DNA of 63,314 nucleotides, filler included, from Nemertoderma westbladi (Eukaryota > Animalia > Xenacoelomorpha), in NCBI GenBank assembly GCA_032718475.1. It is 3 parts of 3 records of this genome, joined end to end, with 100 filler letters (N's around TTAATTAATTAA, not from the genome) between each part and the next. Parts side by side here need not be neighbours in the genome. Positions count along the whole stretch, not along the records: positions 1 to 25,854 come from JAUCBJ010004485.1; 2 more parts are not named here. The stretch is one strand, 5' to 3'. Below the pieces are notes generated by a model. It was not told where the DNA came from, searched no databases, and saw only the letters and a program-made list of their open reading frames with translations. Position numbers and translations under genes: made by a program. Shown piece after piece: positions 1 through 11,500 of this stretch. Numbering within the stretch: the stretch's first letter is position 1; the number at the start of each line of letters is the position of its first letter.

Positions 1-158
1 ATTTAATGTTTAGACATGTGGCCCTCTAGCGGGAGACCATTGCACTGATGGTGTCTGAAAGTCTCTCAAAAATCTCAACTTTTGCTCATATTGATACCTA
101 CAAATTTTCAACTTGGCAGCTTTAAATCCGACAAAGTTATTAGCATGTCAAAATCGTA

Positions 159-175
159 ACGACGACGACGACGAC

Positions 176-220
<45 letters not shown>

Positions 221-243
221 AACGACGACGACGACGACGACAA
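159..243. repeat. (ACG)n microsatellite inside a probable non-autonomous element (about 1-320)
   Basis: Near-pure ACG array with ACA interruptions. The downstream motif CGTGGCTCGCCC(C)ACAT (304-320) recurs at about 38299 and, inverted, at about 23884, which suggests a dispersed element. Confidence 0.9.
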
Positions 244-317
244 CTATTTGCATAAATTGACCCACCCCCTAACAGTGTCAATTCGCTAAGGCTCCGCCAA
301 CTTCGTGGCTCGCCCCA

Positions 318-1012
318 CATATCCAATTTAGCCAAATCCAAGACAGTACTACCAATAAATATAGGCTTATCGAGAGTTACAGAGTCTTTCACTAATAAAT
401 GTCCCGATAATGTATTATTGTATATTATAAATTGTTCATGATTAATACGATTTACCAATTGATGCATTTATCATTGCTATTTGCGATACGAAAGTTACAT
501 CGATCTCTTATCTTTTCTATTGATTTGCCAAATAACGAATTATTGAGCAATTTCGCGACAGCTGTTTCAATATAACTTTTTGCTAGTCGCCTTTGATTAA
601 TATTAAAATCGATGTAATTTTTAAATACAAATTCTTGTTGAAAAGAATATAATTTATGTAGTTTAGTAACAATTAATCCATGTTTTATATAAAATTTTAA
701 CAGTTTCAAATGTAAATGATAAAACTCTTTATCAATTGTGTCTTAGCATGAGTTTTGGTATAGGCATCCTATATTTACGGGAGGTACCTCTTTGTATCGA
801 CAAGTTATTAAATTGTTCCCGCATATAAGGCGAAAGCATTGATTCATTTATACTTAAATGCTCGGGGGCTAACGGCAATTGTAATGTTTGATCGTGAATA
901 GCCTTGGGATAATTTAAATCACATATTAAAAAATATCCAGTAGATCCCTCAATGTCTAAATCTACCAAGTACTCGATTAGTTTTTCTGGTATTGCATTCT
1001 CTAAGTGTTTAA
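318..1012 (-). pseudogene. Frameshifted family-B DNA polymerase fragment, Polinton/Maverick/adintovirus type
   Basis: Three consecutive minus-strand frames joined by single-base frameshifts at about 733 and about 460 give GYFLICDLNYPKAIHDQTLQLPLAPEH, then DKEFYHLHLKLLKFYIKHGLIVTKLH and the PolB motif AKLLNNSLFGKSIE, then KPIFIGSTVLDLAKLDM. The fragment is truncated before the DTDS motif. Confidence 0.85.
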
Positions 1013-1383
1013 TACTTACTTCGTTCCTGTAATGCGAGTTGTTCTTGCTGTGTAAGGTGGTGAAATTGTTGTTTGTTCCGGGGAATGTTCTTATAAAGGC
1101 CCGAGATGCGTTGTTGTAGGTCATCCAAATCCAACTCGGTGGATCGAATGGCTTCCGGGGCTTTGTGTTTAACTGTGTCTGGGAAGGGAATTCGTGGGAG
1201 GCCGTGAATAAAGTTCGCTTGAATAAAAGCCTGTGGCCGAAATATACCTTACTTATCAATTTTTCAACGTTACCGAAAGGTCAGCTCTATCACTTTATTT
1301 AATTTTAATTATGTATACAACGGTAACAAGGGCGCGCCATTATTTAATAAATATTATAACTTTTGTTGGGCACAGTTTTTCGA

Positions 1384-1720
1384 GGGTAGAGGGGCCGGGG
1401 GTATAGGGGCCGGGGGTACAGGGGCCGGGGGTACAGGGGCCGGGGGTACAGGGACCGGGAGTACAGGGGCCGGGGGTACAGGGGCCGGGGGTACAGGGGC
1501 CGGGTGTACAGGGGCCGGGGGTAGAGGGCCCGGGGGGTACAGGGGCCGGGGGTACAGGGGCCGGGGGTACAGGGGCCGGGAGTACAGGGGCCGGGGGTAC
1601 AGGGGCCGGGGGTACAGGGCTCGGGGGTACAGGGGTCGGGGGTACAGGGGCCGGGGGTACAGGGGCCGGGGGTACAGGGCTCGGGAGTACAGGGGCCGGG
1701 GGTACAGGGGCCGGGGGTAC
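1384..1720. repeat. G-rich 15-bp minisatellite (GGGGCCGGGGGTACA)n, about 22 copies
   Basis: Direct reading of the tandem units. The ORF 1340..1729 is only its translation. Confidence 0.95.
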
Positions 1721-1919
1721 TAACTTCACATCCTTGCTTACTTAAAATACGTCATCTAATGGAATGTGGAGTCCCCCGTTAACGCCATGAATGACTTTAT
1801 GAAGAAACTAATAAATAATACTTCTGCCGCGGTCTTCTCGCGCGTTTCTGTTCAAAGTGTCGAAAAAAAGTCAAAGGGTCTAAAAAAAGTCTAATTTTAA
1901 TATTATGCTACTTTCCCAC

Positions 1920-3290
1920 TACAACATCGTTTATTGTTTTTGGTTAGAAAAGGCATTTCCTGTAACCGGTCTCCTTTCCCTCAATTGGTAACAACATTGT
2001 TTATTGTTGTTGGTTATAAAAAGCCGTTTCTGTAACCTGCTCCTTTCCCTTTATTGGTAACAACATCGTGTATTGTTTTGGTTAGAATAACGAGCCACTG
2101 TAACCTGCTCCTTTCCCTTAATTTGTTAAACTTCCAGTCTTTCATTTATCTGAAAAATTTAACTGTAACCTGCTTTTATTGACTTTCGTTTATTGTTTTG
2201 GTTAGAAAAATGAGCCACTGTAACCTGCTCCTTTCCCTTTATTGGTAACAATATCGTGTATTGTTTTGGTTAGAAAAATGACCACTGTAACCTGCTCCTT
2301 TCCCTTTATTGGTTACAACATCGTTTATTGTTTTGGTTAGAAAAAGCCTTACTGTAACCTGCTCCTTTCCCTTTATTGGTAACAACTTCGTGTATTGTTT
2401 TGGTTAGAAAAATGAGCCGTTTCTGTAACCTGCTCCTTTCCCTTTATAGGTAACAACATCGTGTATTGTTTTGGTTAGAAAAAGCCGTTTCTGTAACCTG
2501 CTCCTTTCCCTTTATTGGTAACAACATCGTGTATTGTTTTGGTTAGAAAAAGCCGTTTCTGTAACCTGCTCCTTTCCCTCAATTGGTAACAACATTGTTT
2601 ATTGTTGTTGGTTAGAAAAAGCCGTTTCTGTAACCTGCTCCTTTCCCTTTATTGGTAACAACATCGTGTAATGTTTTGGTTAGAAAAAGCCGTTTCTTTA
2701 ACCTGCTCGTTTCCTTCAATGAATAACAACATCGCTTATTGTTTTGGTTAGAAAAAGCCGTTTCTGTAACCTGCTCCTTTCCCTCAATTGGTAACAACAT
2801 TGTTTATTGTTGTTGGTTAGAAAAAGCCGTTTTTGTAACCTGCTCCTTTCCCTTTATTGGTAACAACATCGTGTATTGTTTTGGTTAGAAAAAGCCGTTT
2901 CTGTAACCTGCTCCTTTCCCTTTATTGGTAACAATATCGTGTATTGTTTTGGTTAGAAAAAGCCGTTTCTGTAACCTGCTCCTTTCCCTTTATTGGTAAC
3001 AACATCGTGTATTGTTTTGGTTAGAAAAAGCCGTTTCTGTAACCTGCTCCTTTCCCTTTATTGGTAACAACATCGTGTATTGTTTTGGTTAGAAAAAGCC
3101 GTTTCTGTAACCTGCTCCTTTCCCTTTATAGGTAACAACATCGTGTATTGTTTTGGTTAGAAAAAGCCGTTTCTGTAACCTGCTCCTTTCCCTTTATTGG
3201 TAACAACATCGTGTATTGTTTTGGTTAGAAAAAGCCGTTTCTGTAACCTGCTCCTTTCCCTTTATTGGTAACAACATTGTTTATTGTTCC
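1920..3290. repeat. 68-bp tandem satellite, about 20 units, related to the interior of a dispersed MITE
   Basis: Unit CTGTAACCTGCTCCTTTCCCTTTATTGGTAACAACATCGTGTATTGTTTTGGTTAGAAAAAGCCGTTT, e.g. starting at 2491 and 2559. Left units are more diverged. Confidence 0.95.
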
Positions 3291-3494
3291 GTCTCTGTAA
3301 CGTGCTTTATCTTATTATTGTTCATCATTGTTGTTTCTCCTATGAAAAGTCTTTTAGACCTTGTGACTCTTTCGACCCTTTGATCTGAAATCCACGATTC
3401 ACGGTGCCTTTCTTACACCTTTGTCGATGGGTTCTAGCCAGACAATTTTTTTTGGTCTCAACCCTATTGTGACTTTATATTATTTTTCTCATAG

Positions 3495-3626
3495 GAAATC
3501 GGCTCTGCGGTGTATAAATGTAAAGCAACTAATCCAGCTGGGATTGCTTCTAGCACAGTGGAATTAACTATTGAGAAGTCAAAGGCATCAGAAAATAAAA
3601 TCCTCGCTCCTAAATTCACTCAACAG
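3495..3626 (+). CDS. Titin-like giant Ig protein, internal exon (C-terminal half of an I-set Ig domain)
   Basis: Acceptor tttttctcatag, donor CAG/gtaaat, phase 0-0. Encodes EIGSAVYKCKATNPAGIASSTVELTI...APKFTQQ. Confidence 0.9.
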
Positions 3627-3774
3627 GTAAATATATTTAACTGTTTAACTGATAAATATTATATACAAACACATGGTAACATGGTAATTTTAATTTTAAT
3701 AATGTTATTATATTAATTTGGGAGTAACATAATAATGTTATCTTTTACCTTATGTCAGTACTGCAGTACAGCAG

Positions 3775-4056
3775 TAAACTAAAGTAAAGTAAATTTTCTT
3801 CGGCCGTTAGGCCAGGAATTACGCACAAAGTCTGACGACTTATTTCCAGAACGGTCCCCCCAGAATTATACTCCCCAGAGGAAGCTCCAGTACTCATATA
3901 GGTACCATTTAAGGATACAAGGCATAGATTCGCCCTGGCTAGACGATTCAAAGCATTCGTGCCGACACGAAAATTGCCCTGTCCCCCGAGCGTGGTTTGA
4001 ACCCACGACCTCCGAGAGATGTGAATTCAATGCAACCACTATACCAAGGAAGGTGG
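3775..4056 (-). mobile_element. tRNA-derived SINE (family A) with Nin/Deu-like core and (TTTAC)n tail
   Basis: On the minus strand: A-box TGGTATAGTGG, B-box GGTTCAAACC, core GCCTTGTATCCTTAAATGGTACCTATATGAGTACTGG, short repeat tail. A second head copy lies at about 24126-24212. Confidence 0.75.
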
Positions 4057-4294
4057 GCCCCTATCTGAAATATTGTGTCAATAAATTAGAACACAAAAAT
4101 CGTGTGGTATGTTGAAGAAACAATCATTGATTGAGTGGGAAAAAAGTAATGAGTTGTTAATTAATTGTCATTTAATTAATTGTCATGTCATTTATTTTAG
4201 TTAATTTCAGTTTAAACATACATAATTATCGTTGAATATTCTGATTTAATAAATATGCCGATGCTTTTCATTGTAAATTACTTTCGCCTTTTAG

Positions 4295-4679
4295 GTTCGC
4301 CCGCAATTAGATTCTGGGAACGCCCTTTTCGTAGCCAAAGTTCGCGGTGATCCCTTTCCTGAGGTCTCCTGGTTCATTAACGGTAACAAGTTAACCGCGA
4401 CTCCTGATGATTACATAATGACAGTAGATACCGCGGATGGATCAATTTCTCTCTTTGTGAGGGGCATACAGAGTTATGGGAACGCGGAATACAAGTGCAG
4501 AGCCGTCAATGATGTCGGCATAGCTAGCAGTACAGTCGAACTAATGGTAGACCCCAAAGGACCTAAACCAGTTAGAAGTATCGACACTGACATGGTCGAA
4601 GGGATTCCGCCGAAGTTCATACAACCTATAGTCCCCCAAGTAGAGGGAGATGTAGCTCACTTTAGTGGCACTGTTACAG
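4295..4679 (+). CDS. Titin-like giant Ig protein, internal exon (one I-set Ig domain plus the start of the next)
   Basis: Acceptor cgccttttag, donor ACAG/gtgtgt, phase 0-1. Encodes VRPQLDSGNALFVAKVRGDPFPEVSWFING...EYKCRAVNDVG...PPKFIQP...FSGTVT(G). Splices in frame to 5569. Confidence 0.9.
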
Positions 4680-5568
4680 GTGTGTTTCTATTCATACCAA
4701 ATAAGGTTACATACCGTTTTTTTAACTCAGTATTAACAGTACAGTCTGCAGTTTATTGTAGGTAGATTGCTATAAATTGTCGTTAAGAGTTAGATTGTTT
4801 TACATTGATGTGGTCATATTATTTCTTATGTGAATGGATTTCAACCAAATAGATCAACACGCTACTTAGAAGGAATTGAGTAAGCAAGTTTATAAAGAGC
4901 TTAAAAAAAGCTCATAGAATACCAGAAGTAAACGTTTCTGGCATTGGTAGCTCAGGTACTCACGCCAGATGGTTTAACAGAAAGATGGAGGAACAACGTA
5001 TATCCATAGATTTTACCGCTATTATTTAGTTGCACAATTATAATATTTCTCCGATATGTTTCAATGTAATTTTTTAAAATCACAATAACATTGATAAATG
5101 TTCAAATATTAGCCTTTACTACTAATTTTAGAAATAAATAAAACTGAATTAATTATTTAGATCCTTAATCCGACTTGGTGTATTTCCCCAGAACCCTCCA
5201 AACTCGATTAATTTTGGAAACCATATCATTAGCATTTGGAATTTATGAGTAATAAAATTACATTAATTTTAACGATAATTTAAAATATACATAATAATAC
5301 ATAAAAATCATTAATAAAAAGCTTTATTAATCTTCTCCTTTTTCCAATAGATTTGAAAAAACATTAATTATTCTAAAGAAAGGCCTATGAATTCATTACT
5401 CAAGAGTCAAGGGGACAAATTTTTCGTCATTGCAAAATTAAATGTACTTCTGGTCTCTCTATATGTAATGTTACATTTTATTGTATATCAAAGAATATTT
5501 GTTATGTTCTGTTTTTTTTTTGCAGAATCTACTGGAAATTATATATTTGATTAATATCTGTATTTTAG

Positions 5569-8500
5569 GAGATCCTCGACCCAGTATAGAATGGACTATG
5601 AATGGAGATCCTGTCCCGGATACCGATACGTTTATACGAGAACACACGGTAGACGGTCGGGTTAGTCTCACCGTTTCCGAGATACAGAAGTATGGAGCGG
5701 CGGATTACGTTTGCAAAGCGCGAAATCGGGCCGGCACCGCCTCCAGTCGGGTCCAGCTGTCGATGGAACCGTCGGAGACCGATCGACGCGGTCGTCTGCA
5801 CTCCGACGACGCTCTCCGTGGAATGCATCCCCCTCGATTTGTTAAACAAGTGACTCCGCGATTAGAGTCCGCTGGTTCTGCTATAGTTCTAGAAGCTCAG
5901 GTTGTCGGGCAACCAACTCCTAATATAGTTTGGACGATGTTCGGTAGGCCTATACTCCCAGCGGCCTCGATTAACTTGGAGGAGCGGCGACTCGAAAACG
6001 GCGTCGTCCAACTGATAATAACACGTCCTGACGAGGTCGGCGACACACCGATCTGCTGCACGGCAGAGAACCAAGTCGGTTCATGTTCGTCTCAGTTGGA
6101 TTTATTAATAGATCACGAACCGCGATACCCTCCGGAAGTGCGTACGGCGATGGCTGTCGGCAATGGTAAATCTCCACCCAGATTCGTGAACATTAAATAT
6201 TACAACGTTGGAAAAACTATTGCAAAACGAATGCAACCGCCCACATTCGATGCCCCTCTGACTTTGTCACCCACCGATCACAATATTATCGAATTACAAG
6301 GACGAGTTTCTGGGGAACCGTTTCCTGTTTTGCGATGGTGTATCGATGGTCAACCGATATACGATGGCGGGGATTTCTATATCGAGGGCGATGAGTTCGG
6401 AAACTGTTGTCTCTTTGTTGAGAATGCCGACAGGTACGGGAACGCTCAGTACTCTTGCATCGCCGAGAATCCGGCGGGAACAGCCATGAGTAAGGTAGAC
6501 CTTATTTCTCAGATGGAATCCCCCAGTGATGCAGTCGAATTCCCAACTACAATGGAGTTTGACATGCCTCCTGCTAACACAGAACCGCCAAAATTCTTAC
6601 AACAGATTGCGCCAAATATTGAAGGTCGTCTTGCTACTTTTAAATGTATTATCTCTGGTAAGCCTTTTCCGACTGTCACATGGTATAAAAATGGTAAGAT
6701 TGTAGAAAATTCTGATGATTTTTCAATTCATCGAGGAGCCGATGGCCTATGTTCTCTAGTTGTCAATGATGTCCATCGGTATGGTTCTGCTGAATATACT
6801 TGCCAGGCCGTCAATACGGTTGGTCGCGCTACCAGCACCATCGAAATTACAATAGAAACGCCACCACTTAGTCCTAGAATGCTAACAACCCCGTTGTTCG
6901 TCAATGAACTGAAACCTATTGTTGATTTGATCAATGACGAGGCCGAGATTGAGGGTCGCATAGAATGTGATTCAACTCCCACAATCTCTTGGTATCGCAA
7001 CGGGCGATTGATTCAGTCAGATGAGGATTTTGATATTTTATACTCACCCATTGATGGAAGAGTCAAAGTTTCTGTTCACAACGCCCATAAATATGTTTCA
7101 TCGCAGTTCACATGCACTGTAGGCAATGCAGCTGGAACTGTTAGCTCCAAAGTCATTCTTTACATGACGTCACCTACCAAGCCTCGTATATCTTCATTAT
7201 ATCGCCCACCAAGATTTATCTCGGAGATTCATACAAAGTTGGAGGGAAATTCAGTTACATTTGAGTTACAGGTGGAAGAACCAGAAGATCAATCCGCCAT
7301 TCCTAAAGTTACTTGGTACATCGACGGGAAGGTAATCACACCAGAGAATAGAGATTTCCGTGTTAAGACTCAACCAAAAGGCGTTCATTCTCTTATTGTT
7401 AAACATGTTTCTCAATATCCAAGGAATGATTACAAAGCAGTGGCTGAGACTGAGTCAGGACGGAGTGAAATTGAAGTTCACTTTGATTTAGAAGAATTTT
7501 TACGAAATGAGAAATCAAAGTCTGCAAGAGATGAATGCGCGCCAACATTTAAACAACAAATCATTCCCACAATTACTGATACATTGGCGACACTCCATGC
7601 GGTTATTTATGGTAAACCTGAACCAACCATTAGATGGTTTAGAGATGGGGTCCCAATTATAACTGGAGGAGATTTTGACATTGAGAGAACAAGTGATGGT
7701 CAGTGTTCATTACAAATTGTGAACATAAATAAACATGACCACATAGAATTCATTTGTGAAGCTAGTAATAATTTAGGAATTGCAAATAGTGCATTAAAAT
7801 TATTTGTTAACCCAATTGAGGATGTTGAACCTCCGAAATTTATCCAACATATTGTCCCGAATGTAGAGGGTTCTACAGTTTTATTTTGCGGTATTATATC
7901 AGGTAATCCGAGACCTTCTGTTTCCTGGTTTATGAATGATAAAAGGTTGGTAAGTGGTGGAGATTTTACTGTTGCCACAGATGGAAGTAGCAACGTTAAG
8001 CTTGAAGTTGTAGACTTTCAGAGGTATGGCAGTGTTGAATATAAGTGCAAACTCGAAAATTCTGCTGGATCTGCTACAAGCGCCGTTGATCTAGAGCTAG
8101 ACAAAGAAGAAGACATTACAGAACCCCCGCCACGAACATTTGAAGAACCGCCCCAATTCACTGAAGAAGTTAGACCAGTAATGGTTGGACGTAATGCTGA
8201 GTTCCATTGCAGAGTTACTGGTATTCCTAAACCGACCCTTACTTGGTCTATTAATGACGTGCCAATACGGCCTAGTCCTGGCATGCGCATGAGAACATTG
8301 CCAGATGGATCTAACATGTTGGAAATACTGAACATTCAAAAATATCAAAATTCTTCAATTACATGCACAGCTGATAATCTGATGGGATCTGCTGTTAGTG
8401 TCGTTCAAATAGAACCTGAGGAAGCCGAGAAACCATTAATCGAAATTGAGAAACCGTCTTTTGTGTCTCCATTGGAAGCTTTTATAACTGACAACTGTGC

Positions 8501-11500
8501 AGTTTTAAGAGCCAAAATATGTGGGATACCGAAACCAACAGTGGAATGGTCTATTGATGGCCATCCTCTCCCACAATCTCGTGATTTCATAAGAACACAT
8601 CGTGAGGATGGATTTGTTTCTCTTTGTGTCCGGGATATTCACAAACATGGCAGTGGAGAATACAAATGTGAATTGACCAACATTCATGGAAGTGCAACAA
8701 GTGTTTATAACCTTGATGTTTCCATGGAAACAGATGAAAGTCAGCCAAGTAAGCGAAAATCGGACATTGTCGAGGATGAGCTTAAAGTTAAATCGCAAAA
8801 ACGTGAAATTAGTGAACAAAAAATATATATTTCACCAAATAAAGAAAATCAGAATGCTGCTCCATCTATTCACATTGGCCAATATATGCCAATATTTGAA
8901 TATCCAATCACATCTACAAAAGACAATGACAGGGTCACATTGACTGCAGTTGTAGATGGTCAACCGCCTCCAGATATAATATGGTATATGAATAACCGAG
9001 AAATTAATAACACTAATGACTTCAAAATAGCTCCTTTAAGAGAAAAACATTCCACACTAACTATATCTTCTATCACAAAATTTGGATCTTCTGAATTTAA
9101 ATGTGTAGCTAAGAACTCGATAGGTGAAGCAAGTAGTTCATTGAATATAACAGTAGATGACCCCGATGATGAATTGATTGACTTAAGTTATTTATTAGAA
9201 GGGCCACGTCCATCAGACAGTCTAAAACGAAGAGCGCAATCACCACCTGTTGACAAACCAAAGGATGAGAAGGAAGCTAAGGAAGAAGTTGAAGAATTGA
9301 AGCACCACCAACCTAAACAGCAGAAGGTAAAGCCAAATGATATTTCCCCAGAGTTTCAAGAGCACTTAACTGCCTCAAAGAAGGATGATATATCTGCTAT
9401 TGTTACTGGCCGAATTATTGGAATGCCAAAACCAAGTGTGAAATGGTTCGTTGACGATAAACCAATCATAGATGACAACGATTTTAAAACCAATCACGCT
9501 GCAAATAATGTGTTAACATTATTGGTGCAAAATCCAAGCAGTTGGGGATTAGCTGAGTTTAAATGTGTAGCATCTAACAGATCTGGGGAAACTGTATCAA
9601 CCCTGAAACTTCCCCATATGGCGGGTCTACAGGATGTTGCCTTGAGAAATACCGATGAATTAAATAAACAGCGTATTAAATTTCGTTCTGAACTTAAACA
9701 ATTACAAAAATTAGACAAAGTTTTCATTAAAGGTATTTTGAAATTTCATCCTGAACACACAGAATGGTATGTAAATAAATCCAGGATTACACCAGGTGCG
9801 GATTTTATTTTGGATTACAATAAAACTGAGATGTGTGTTACGTTGGGTATAAGCAATTTTAAGAAATATAATGGAATGAAATTCACATGTGTTTCCACTT
9901 CAGAAAAAAGTCTATCGAAATCGGAATTTGTATTAAATATTGAGGATTCTAAAGATTCAACTGACACTGACGCCACATCATTGCATCCCAACTCAAGCAA
10001 TAAAAATCGGAGCGTTACATTTGCCGACGATCAAGTAACACCTACGAACAAGGTTCAGACAAAAGAACCTGACCAAAGCGAGGGTGAACCAAAGGGGGAA
10101 GTGCAAGAAAGTCCTGCCAAATTAAAAGAAGGAGAACCAATGTTTCAACAGCATCTTCAATGCAATGTCAGAAACAACAGGGCAGAGTTTACCGGGAAAG
10201 TTCTTGGTTTTCCCTTTACAAAAGTGACCTGGTTTAGAAATGGTGCGGAAATATATGATGCAGGAGATTTTTTGATTGACAATCTTTCTGATGGTACTGT
10301 GTATCTTGAAGTCGATCATTTCAATATGCATGGTGATGGTAAATATGAATGCGTTGTCGAAAACAGTCAAGGCAAGGTTGTTTCCAGTTTCGTCATTCCG
10401 AGAGGTAAAGTTGTAGAGGATGTAACAATGGAAGAAGGTTTGAAAAACATTAAGAGTAGAAAAATTAAACCAAAGGCAAAGGGCGATGAACTCTCTGATG
10501 ATGCTGAATTTGAACCTAAACAAAAACAAATACGGGTTGGTAGTAAAGATAAACATAGTGATGATAATGAAGTTATTGCGGTTGATGTAATGGAATTGGC
10601 AGCCAGTGTCACCGAACCCCGAGCGGATCATGAAGAAAAGCATGAACCCAAGCCCGAAACTCTCAAAAAGAAGTCAAAAGGTACAGGATTGAAGAAAAAG
10701 AAGACATCCATAACACCAGAGGAAAATCTAGACATGGACAAATTAGATGAAATTCCTATTTCCGAGCAAGTTTTGGACTCACAGTCTGATCCAAAACGTA
10801 AACTGGAAAGTAAAGGGTTAGATAAGACAACCCAAGAAACTAAACCAGAAAAAATTAAAAAGAAATCGGAAGATACTGTTTTAGAAAAGAAGAAGAAATC
10901 ATCAATAACACTGGATGATAAACCTGATATAACAGATTTAGACAAAACAGATAAACTACCTGTTGATCAACAAGTGTTAGATACAGAGTCACCCACAGTA
11001 CATGAGCCAGAAATTGGAGCTGCTGAAAAGAAACCACAAGAAAGTAAACCAGAAAAAATTCAAAAAAAGCCAAAAGATACAGTTTTGGACAAGAAGAAAA
11101 AAACAACAATAACACCAGATGATAAACTACAGATATCAGATTTAGATAAACCAGATAAACTACCTGTTGATCAAAAAGTGTCAGATACCGAGTCGGCCAC
11201 AGTACATGAACCAGAAATTGGAGCTTCTGAAAAGAAACCACAAGAAACGAAAGCAGAAAATCTGAAGAAGAAGCTAAAAGATACAGTTATTGACAAGAAG
11301 AAGAAAACATCCATAACACCAGATGAAAAACCACAGATATCAGATTTAGATAAATTGGATGAAGTACCTGTTGATGAAAATATGTTTGATACAGAGACGC
11401 CTGCAATACATGAACCAGAAATTGGAACATTTGAAAAGAAACCACAAGAAACTAAACCAGAAAAACTAAAGAAGAAGCCAAAAGATACAGTTGTTGACAA

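Noticed and set aside
108-320. Poly-Arg tail of ORF 108..467
   Set aside because: Translation of the (ACG)n microsatellite in an inserted element, not part of PolB.
1340-1729. Proline-rich ORF
   Set aside because: Translation of the 15-bp minisatellite.
2491-2558. Shared number 68 between the 68-bp satellite and the 68-aa repeat
   Set aside because: No sequence similarity; coincidence.
1920-3290. CRISPR-like regular array
   Set aside because: Units are contiguous tandem copies with no unique spacers, the context is eukaryotic, and there are no cas genes. The same applies to 45031-45460.
5481-5568. N-terminal 29 aa of the listed 3301-aa ORF
   Set aside because: Intronic. The real exon starts after the acceptor at 5568 and splices in frame to 4679.
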